IMG/VR virus record: IMGVR_UViG_3300023179_000044
Location: 39,879-103,878 of that record
Source: a virus
Length of the DNA stretch: 64,000 bases
Direction: 5' to 3' (one strand)
Below the pieces are notes generated by a model that searched no databases, was not told where the DNA came from, and saw only the letters and a list, made by a program, of their open reading frames with translations. Positions 57,551 to 64,000 of this stretch are shown in pieces; the first letter of the stretch is position 1, and each line of letters starts with the position of its first letter. The translations under genes were made by a program, and so were the position numbers.

Positions 57551-58496
57551 CCGTTTGATCTTCTTTCTTTTCTTCAGCGGGTATAACTTCCGCATCAATT
57601 ATGTCTTTGTCCGCTACTACGTGCACGCCGCTATCCGCTAACTTTGCAGCAGCTTGAATAGCACCTTGGGCTAAGCGATCGAGCCGCTCCGCGATTACTT
57701 GAGCGGCAGGCCGCACGTCAATGTTTATTGAGCTATCTATCTCCACGCCGCCTCGAACTCCGGCTCTATCAAGAATTTCAGTGGCGGCTTTTAACTTAAC
57801 CGGTTCTGACTCAGCATTCTCCATAAGATCTTCAAGCATGTCCACGGCGTATGGAGCAGCTTGAGTCAACTTTTGACGAGCCCGTTCAATGTCATCCGAT
57901 GTTTTATGCTGCGTTGATCTTAAGTGAATCCGGCACAGGCCGTCATCTTTGGGGCGTCCGCTGGACCATAGCATACAACGAATACCGTCGTCTTTAATGT
58001 GACGGCAGCGATGCGGCTGAGCTAGAGGCTTACGCTTTGAAGACTTCGGGCCGCCTTCTTCTTGCTCTTTTAAATAAAGTCGCGTTGAGTGAACAACCCA
58101 CGGAGGTACTAAGTAATCCGTTGCTGGTTCAGCTAATAGATCCAGGCCGGTTAAATAATCTGAGTTGTTGGAAGTTGGGTCGAGCATAATTGGACGCTTC
58201 TCCGCTAAAGAGAGTAGACGTCGCTCCATAGTTGATTCTTTAGAGCGAGCTCGAATTAGACCCGTTGGTACTCCGTTAGAAGACCAGACCGGATCCCAGG
58301 CTAACTTTGCACGACGTAATATAGCACGGTTTTGATAGTTGTCTTCGCAGACACCTTTTTCTGCTTCTTCTATTCCTAGTACTGATAGATCGGGCCGTAG
58401 GTCAACCGGTTCGTCGATTTGATATTCCGAACGCTCTTCTTGTTCTTGATTGAAAGGATGCAGGCCGCTGAGGGAAACTTCTGATGAGTCATTCAT
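57534..58496 (-). CDS. Putative terminase small subunit
   Basis: RC...DG.RC...LC..H zinc knuckle, then A..AV..L..L...AESE.VKLKAATEILDRAG and a DAEV tail, typical of TerS-like proteins. Confidence 0.5.
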   Translation of the reverse strand: MNDSSEVSLSGLHPFNQEQEERSEYQIDEPVDLRPDLSVLGIEEAEKGVCEDNYQNRAILRRAKLAWDPVWSSNGVPTGLIRARSKESTMERRLLSLAEKRPIMLDPTSNNSDYLTGLDLLAEPATDYLVPPWVVHSTRLYLKEQEEGGPKSSKRKPLAQPHRCRHIKDDGIRCMLWSSGRPKDDGLCRIHLRSTQHKTSDDIERARQKLTQAAPYAVDMLEDLMENAESEPVKLKAATEILDRAGVRGGVEIDSSINIDVRPAAQVIAERLDRLAQGAIQAAAKLADSGVHVVADKDIIDAEVIPAEEKKEDQTDELNN

Positions 58497-58757
58497 AGTT
58501 ACTAACTTTACTTTAACCGTTGAAAGTTGATTGGATGATTAGATCGGGCCGAGCTTTCAACTTTTAACCAAGGCCGGTCTAAGGCGACGGTCACCTTTAC
58601 TGGGGAGAGGGCTTGAAAGATGACCGCCGCTGCTATTAATTTTAGCAGGGCGACAAATCGTCTAGTTGAAAGTTGAAAAGTTTGTTGGTAAGTTGAAAAG
58701 TTTTTTTGCGTGCGGTGAGGGAAACGGCAGCATTTTCTCTTAGTATAAACAACATTT

Positions 58758-59012
58758 TTAATTTTCGTCTTTTTCTAACTTTATGAAGCGACCATTTTTA
58801 TCTCTAATAATTCCAAAAGCAAGTAGTCTTGCTCTATCAGAACGCTTTAAAATTTTGTCTTTGTGAACTTTTTCAACATCACCACGCCTAACCATTCCCT
58901 TTTCTGGCATCTCCAAAGCACCCTCTTCAATCCAGTTATAAATAGTTTTTGGGGTGACCTCAAGCCACTTAGCTGCTAGTTCAATTTTAATTAGTGAGTT
59001 TTTAAAATCCAT
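58758..59012 (-). CDS. MerR/excisionase-like HTH protein
   Basis: AAKWLEVTPKTIYNWIEEGAL. Confidence 0.75.
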   Translation of the reverse strand: MDFKNSLIKIELAAKWLEVTPKTIYNWIEEGALEMPEKGMVRRGDVEKVHKDKILKRSDRARLLAFGIIRDKNGRFIKLEKDEN

Positions 59013-59077
59013 AGTCTTCCTTAAATAAAAATACTCCTAACAAGATAACATGCTAGGAGTATTTTTAAAAGACCGGA

Positions 59078-59365
59078 CTACTTTGGCGTGTTGCCTTTTC
59101 CATCGTTATCGTCATCTAAATCTTCTGGCCTTAGTTTCTTGAACTGATTCCAGAAGTCAATTACATTGTCGATTCCGTCTATTCCGTTTTTTCTATTAGC
59201 AAAGAGCACTGACTCATAGATTGTGTCTTCAAGTGATGTAATCTCTTGAACAATTTGTTCGATGTGTGAGTATAAAGCTTTTGCTGTGTCTTCTCTTAGA
59301 ACCTTGTACTCTTCAAGCAAAGACAGGTGTTCAAAGATTTTACTTAGGGCTTCGTTCTTATTCAT
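59078..59365 (-). CDS. Hypothetical protein
   Basis: TAATG-coupled; terminator at ~59027-59066. Confidence 0.6.
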   Translation of the reverse strand: MNKNEALSKIFEHLSLLEEYKVLREDTAKALYSHIEQIVQEITSLEDTIYESVLFANRKNGIDGIDNVIDFWNQFKKLRPEDLDDDNDGKGNTPK

Positions 59366-60066
59366 TACTCTACCACCTTAATTGTTCTATAACAAATGCC
59401 GGTTGGTTCTGTACGCCATTGCCATACATTATCTTTCATACCATTAGGATATTCAACATATATCATTGTTCCTTCTCCACACCCATCTATTCCAATACCA
59501 GGGCCATTATAAGAGTATTTAAATAAGTCGCTAGGCAGTGATGAATTTGGATTACCGCATGAAACTCCAGGGGCACATGTACTTCCCTTAGGCCATATTG
59601 TCGGTGAGTAGTAAATAGTGATAGTTTTAGTCGCTACACTACCACCATTTCCTGCTGGACCAACTGGTCCTTGAATTCCTTGTGCACCTGTATCCCCCTT
59701 TGGACCTTGCAATCCCTGTTGCCCTTGGACTCCAGGAATGCCCTGTAATCCAGTTAATCCTTGAATGCCTTGAACTCCCTGAACACCTTGTGGTCCAGTT
59801 AAACCTTGTGGTCCACGTGGTCCTGTGTCTCCTGCTGGTCCTGTGTTACCAACATCACCCTTTGGACCTTGTGTTCCTACTTGATTCCAAGTGATTACTT
59901 TTTCAGAGGACTTACATTTGGTATCTATTCTTACAACCTTGGTCTTGTTGTCTACGCAGGCTGAGATGGTGTTATTTGAGCCAGCAGCCATAACTGCTGT
60001 ACTGGATAGAATTCCTAGTCCTACCAGTAGATTTAGTGCTAATAAATTACGATTGAATTTATTCAT
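59365..60066 (-). CDS. Secreted collagen-like protein; start probably 60066
   Basis: Signal peptide, I.AC...C...E..ITW, about 25 Gly-X-Y triplets (~59655-59880). Confidence 0.85.
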   Translation of the reverse strand: MNKFNRNLLALNLLVGLGILSSTAVMAAGSNNTISACVDNKTKVVRIDTKCKSSEKVITWNQVGTQGPKGDVGNTGPAGDTGPRGPQGLTGPQGVQGVQGIQGLTGLQGIPGVQGQQGLQGPKGDTGAQGIQGPVGPAGNGGSVATKTITIYYSPTIWPKGSTCAPGVSCGNPNSSLPSDLFKYSYNGPGIGIDGCGEGTMIYVEYPNGMKDNVWQWRTEPTGICYRTIKVVE

Positions 60067-60699
60067 TTTCTTCTTCCTTTTGTTGATTGGTGCTTTCATC
60101 TGATTGTACTACATTATTACATTTTTCGCAATAGCACAACCATTCTTTGTCATACCAGACAATTTTTGGTTTACAGTTCTCGTGGTGCCCTGTCATGCAG
60201 AAGCCACACATTGGTCTACCATCTTGTGAATTTCTTTGCTTCACTAGTTTTCTTCTCTACATCTCTGACAAAGAAGAACGTCATACCCAGTTGCTTCGTC
60301 TTTAATAATTCCTTGCTGTGTTACTGGGACTGGACTAACTTTGCCCTCGGACTTGCATCTGTCGCATCTTTGCTCAACTAGCCACTTAACTTCATGCTTT
60401 CCCTTGCAGGCTAATATTCCCTGAGTTAAAGCATGGGCTGTACCAGATCCACGAGTTTTTCTTAGAAACACTCTTGTATCTGAAACTTCCAGGACTGGTT
60501 TTCCTTTTTTACATGGGCACACTAGTCTGGATGGTGAGCACGTACTCAACCCCCCATACTCAGTATGTCTTTTCATTGGATGGCCACAGATACAGATTCG
60601 TCCGTCTCTGTTATATCCGTCACCCTCAAACTCTCGTGCTTTTTCTTCTGCTTCTTCTTCCGAGAAATCAAAGAAGTCAAATGGATTATTTTCTGTCAT
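60059..60699 (-). CDS. Two Cys/His-rich zinc-binding hypothetical proteins (60244-60699, 60059-60244)
   Basis: CICGH..H...C...CPC; CGFC..GHH..C...CYC..C. Confidence 0.65.
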
Positions 60700-61094
60700 A
60701 TCTACATCTTCCTACTTGACAAATGATTTGTCAAGTCTACTAAGTCTAGCACAACTAAACTCAACTAAAAACACACTTAAATATACTAAACCAATTAAGT
60801 CGACTATATTTACAGTTACTGTGAAATTCATTTTCTTACGCGCGTAGTGGAATATAGTTCACTTAATTCATTTAGTATATATTAGTTTAGTTATATTAGC
60901 AGAATTTTCCAGTTTTGCACCAGATTTTTTTGCTAATATTTTTAATTTATATTAGCAGAAAATTCTCTGCCAACTTCATCTTTTTTTGCTAATAATATTT
61001 TTGCCTTTATCAATTATTATGATAACCTTACCACCCCCATATGCTATAATTTAGAGCCTAAATCAGCCCTTAAAACCACCATTAAACTTGTCTC

Positions 61095-61331
61095 ATGGAC
61101 CAGAGAGACTTCGATATATCATCAAATCCAGACCCACTGGATGTACTTTTGGAGCGTCTACAGCTCTGTACAGAAGTCATTAAAGAAGTACATTATCAAC
61201 TTGAAGAACCAGAAGAAGCAGACAATAAAGCGGACCTACTACTCACAGTAGAAGCCCTAGCCAGTGAAACTCTCGACCTTCTACACACCACAAAGAACCT
61301 CGTATGGGGGCCAGAAGAGGACGAAGATTAG
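61095..61331 (+). CDS. Acidic hypothetical protein
   Basis: First plus-strand gene, after TGCTATAAT (~61042-61050). Confidence 0.6.
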   Translation: MDQRDFDISSNPDPLDVLLERLQLCTEVIKEVHYQLEEPEEADNKADLLLTVEALASETLDLLHTTKNLVWGPEEDED

Positions 61332-61345
61332 GTATAATAAATACC

Positions 61346-62053
61346 ATGTCTGAAGAATCTAGCGACAAACCATTAAACATTAAAATATGTGTAAATACCG
61401 TTAAAGGATTTAGCGAGAAAACTCTTCCATTTGTAATACCGTCATTGCTATCAGCGGGTATAGAAAAAGAAGATATTTATATTTTTGAAGGTGGCCACGA
61501 TGAAAGGGTCATTGATACATATGAAGGTATTACTTATATAAAAACCAATCACAATTCCTTGGAATATACTTCATTTGTAGAAATTGTAGAAAATAAAATC
61601 GAAGCTGATTACTGGTTCTACACTCACGATACAGTTGTAGTAGGGGAGAATTTTAAATCTCTACTATACAACATTCCTGAAGATATGCCAGATAAAATAG
61701 CTTTAAGACATTTTCCATCCATGAGCATAGGAACCTATAAATACGAGTATTTACTTACTAATAAAGATTTAATTACTGGTATTAAAAACACCGATTACGA
61801 CAGGATTAGCCTTGTTGCTCTTAAGAAGTGGGGCGTTGGTAACGAGGACTATATCTTGTGGAAACATGAGCCACATCTAACAAGAACTTATAATCCACAT
61901 ATATACGGCCCAGATGAATACCCACAGGTGCTTCATCAAAGTAATATCTATGGAACAGAGACAATAAGAAGGGCAGAATATTTCCCACAACTTGATTTAG
62001 TAAAGCATAAATCTAATTGGGGGCAATCGCAGGACGTTGGAATTTCAATATAA
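61346..62053 (+). CDS. Putative glycosyltransferase-like protein; leaderless start at 61346
   Basis: YWFYTHDT motif, GT-A-like layout, sugar-operon context. Confidence 0.5.
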   Translation: MSEESSDKPLNIKICVNTVKGFSEKTLPFVIPSLLSAGIEKEDIYIFEGGHDERVIDTYEGITYIKTNHNSLEYTSFVEIVENKIEADYWFYTHDTVVVGENFKSLLYNIPEDMPDKIALRHFPSMSIGTYKYEYLLTNKDLITGIKNTDYDRISLVALKKWGVGNEDYILWKHEPHLTRTYNPHIYGPDEYPQVLHQSNIYGTETIRRAEYFPQLDLVKHKSNWGQSQDVGISI

Positions 62054-63006
62054 TGAAGATCGCCATAATAGGCGCAGGCTGGGTTGGCTGTCATTTAGCG
62101 TCTAAACTAATGAATGACCATGAAGTAGTTGTCTACGAGTCAGAGGGCATATTTTCTCAGACATCTTATAAGAATCAAAATCGCCTTCATTTAGGTTATC
62201 ACTATGCCAGAAGTAGTTTAACTAGGGATTTATGTATCAACACATTTAATAAGTTTTTAGAAGATTATCCGTCACTTATTTCTGACATTGAAAATAATAT
62301 TTATGTAGTTCCAAATGATAAATCAATAATTGACTTTAAAACTTATTTAAAAATATTTGATTATATGACGCATGACCTAGTCAACCTAATGTATTTAAAT
62401 AATATAGAAGGCGCAATTCGTGTAAATGAGAGATTTATTGATCCGTTTAAGTCGAAAAAGTATTTTATAGATCTTTTAAAAAATAACATAGTTTATAAAA
62501 TAATTACGGAAGAGGATTTAAGAAGCCTAGCTTTGAATAATGACTTAGTAATTAATGCAACAAACAACGTTCTTTCTCCAATTCTAGAAGATGTTAAGTA
62601 TGAACTATGCGAAGTCCTTGTCTATAAAAAAGTTGCCCCAGTAGAGTTTGGTGCTTTGACCTTTGTTGACGGGGATTTATTCTCTATATTTCCCTATCAA
62701 GATGACCTCTATACCGTAACTCAGGTAAACATAACTCCAAACCAAGACCTAACAACAGAACAAAAAAGAAAAGCACTCTCTAAAAGTATTGAATATTACT
62801 ATAGTTCTTTTAATAATGATTTTAAATTTCACCATAGTTTTAAGTCTTATAAGGTAAAAAATGTAAGCAGTTATGACTCTAGAATTCCTAGAATAATAAA
62901 GAACGACAATATAATTACAACATTTACGGGTAAAATTCAAGGTATATATCAAATAGAAGAATATGTTTTAAACCAAATCAAGGAGTTAAAAAGTGGCAAT
63001 ACCTAA
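62053..63006 (+). CDS. FAD-dependent oxidoreductase
   Basis: MKIAIIGAGWVG...S..NQNRLHLGYHY.RS...GK. Confidence 0.85.
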   Translation: MKIAIIGAGWVGCHLASKLMNDHEVVVYESEGIFSQTSYKNQNRLHLGYHYARSSLTRDLCINTFNKFLEDYPSLISDIENNIYVVPNDKSIIDFKTYLKIFDYMTHDLVNLMYLNNIEGAIRVNERFIDPFKSKKYFIDLLKNNIVYKIITEEDLRSLALNNDLVINATNNVLSPILEDVKYELCEVLVYKKVAPVEFGALTFVDGDLFSIFPYQDDLYTVTQVNITPNQDLTTEQKRKALSKSIEYYYSSFNNDFKFHHSFKSYKVKNVSSYDSRIPRIIKNDNIITTFTGKIQGIYQIEEYVLNQIKELKSGNT

Positions 63007-63757
63007 AATACTAGTTGGAGATACAGGACTGATTGGTAGAACCCTCTGCGACAAAATAGATTTTGACCTAAAGTTTAATTCAAGCAATATTTCTTTTTTT
63101 GATTCCACGGTCGAAGATGGCTGTGACATCTATCTTTCTTGTCTTCCGGCAGAAAAATGGAAGGTAAATAATAATACTTTAAAAGATATTTTAAATATAA
63201 TACAAATTTTCAACTATTTACAAACAAAGAAATACAACAATATTTATTTATTTTCAACTATAGATGTTTATGAAAATATTACAAGCGGAGCAGACGAGGA
63301 GTTATTACCAGAACTTAGATATTTTAGTTACGGAAACAATAGAAGATTCTTCGAGATTTTAGTAAAAGATCAATTGACCTACAATAAATTAAAAGTTATT
63401 CGCCTTCCAGGGCTATATGGAAAGTATTTAAAAAAGAATATTATTTTTGATTACATCAATAACCATCAATGCGAGAGCATAAATTTAAATTCCACGTATC
63501 AGTGGTATAACTTAGTTAATTTAGTTGATGACTTAGACAAAATTAAAGACGAGGAACGCGAGTTCTATAATTTTTTTCCAGAACCACTTTCAACTAAAGA
63601 ACTATTTTCCGCCTTAAATGCATCCGAAATAGGTTATGAAGGCTCAGAAGTGCTATATAACTACAAGACTAATACTACAGAAACAGGATATTGGCAAGAT
63701 AAAGATTCAGTTTTAAGGGGGGTATTAGAGTTTGTCAATCAAAATAGGAATAAGTAA
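62993..63757 (+). CDS. NAD-dependent epimerase/dehydratase-like protein
   Basis: LVGDTGLIG, STIDVY, YG.NR..FE, IRLPGLYG..LKKN. Confidence 0.8.
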   Translation: MAIPKILVGDTGLIGRTLCDKIDFDLKFNSSNISFFDSTVEDGCDIYLSCLPAEKWKVNNNTLKDILNIIQIFNYLQTKKYNNIYLFSTIDVYENITSGADEELLPELRYFSYGNNRRFFEILVKDQLTYNKLKVIRLPGLYGKYLKKNIIFDYINNHQCESINLNSTYQWYNLVNLVDDLDKIKDEEREFYNFFPEPLSTKELFSALNASEIGYEGSEVLYNYKTNTTETGYWQDKDSVLRGVLEFVNQNRNK

Positions 63758-64000
63758 CATGAGTTGGGACGCGGATCAAAACGAATCCATGTTCCATTTA
63801 TTGAAAGAACTTGGCTATGACTATGTAGAGTCCGTTTATAGTAAATTTTCTACAGAATTTCCAGTCCTAGCTATTCAAAGCATCTTCTACAACTCGGGAA
63901 TTACTACTTTAGATAACACAGAAGTCTGCGCAAATCATATAAAAAAGATTATTGCCGACTGCAAAAAACACGGAATTAAAGTAATTACCTTTGGCTCCCC
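63732..64000 (+). CDS. Sugar phosphate isomerase/epimerase (TIM barrel), runs off the window
   Basis: Hand translation from TTG 63732: SIKIGISNMSW...LKELGYDYVE...IQSIFY...ITFGSP. Confidence 0.7.
   Translation, partial: MSIKIGISNMSWDADQNESMFHLLKELGYDYVESVYSKFSTEFPVLAIQSIFYNSGITTLDNTEVCANHIKKIIADCKKHGIKVITFGS

Noticed and set aside
58634-58655. Additional PafBC-type promoter (TGTCGC)
   Set aside because: No TANNNT at the 10-nt spacing.
58770-58810. RDKNGRF in the HTH protein as the giant proteins' shared N-terminal domain
   Set aside because: Only a short match; the rest of the domain is absent.
1-64000. tRNA/rRNA genes, transposases, integrase, alternative genetic code
   Set aside because: None recognised by eye; long ORFs are intact in the standard code with all three stop codons used.

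Overview
A 64-kb segment of a large, low-GC tailed dsDNA phage, probably infecting Actinobacteria (leaderless promoters, GAAAGG Shine-Dalgarno sites, a DUF6421-like gene, a ClgR-like regulator, PafBC-type promoters). Genes run on the minus strand from 1 to 60.7 kb and on the plus strand after 61 kb. (1) 1-29 kb: head/packaging module with TerL, portal, Dps, a probable capsid protease and two giant multi-enzyme proteins (3612 aa and 2593 aa) sharing an N-terminal domain. (2) 29-35.7 kb: HTH proteins, NlpC/P60, a low-complexity non-coding stretch, GT2, DUF6421 and SLOG genes. (3) 35.7-55 kb, the most unusual part: about 20 small transcription units, each bounded by a terminator and a 16-bp box (GGAAAAAATGAAAAAT; 22 copies including variants) helically phased with the next promoter. 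Nine promoters match or nearly match the PafBC/RecA-NDp DNA-damage motif. Several 3' ends carry hairpins exposing anti-SD loops, and one unit is a structured ncRNA. The block is almost free of 4-bp palindromes other than CTAG and TATA, suggesting a first-injected host-takeover region. (4) 55-60.7 kb: CCG-rich block with a probable TerS, a degenerate CHAP protein and a collagen-like protein. (5) 61-64 kb: sugar-modification operon. All counts and alignments were made by eye and need computational confirmation.
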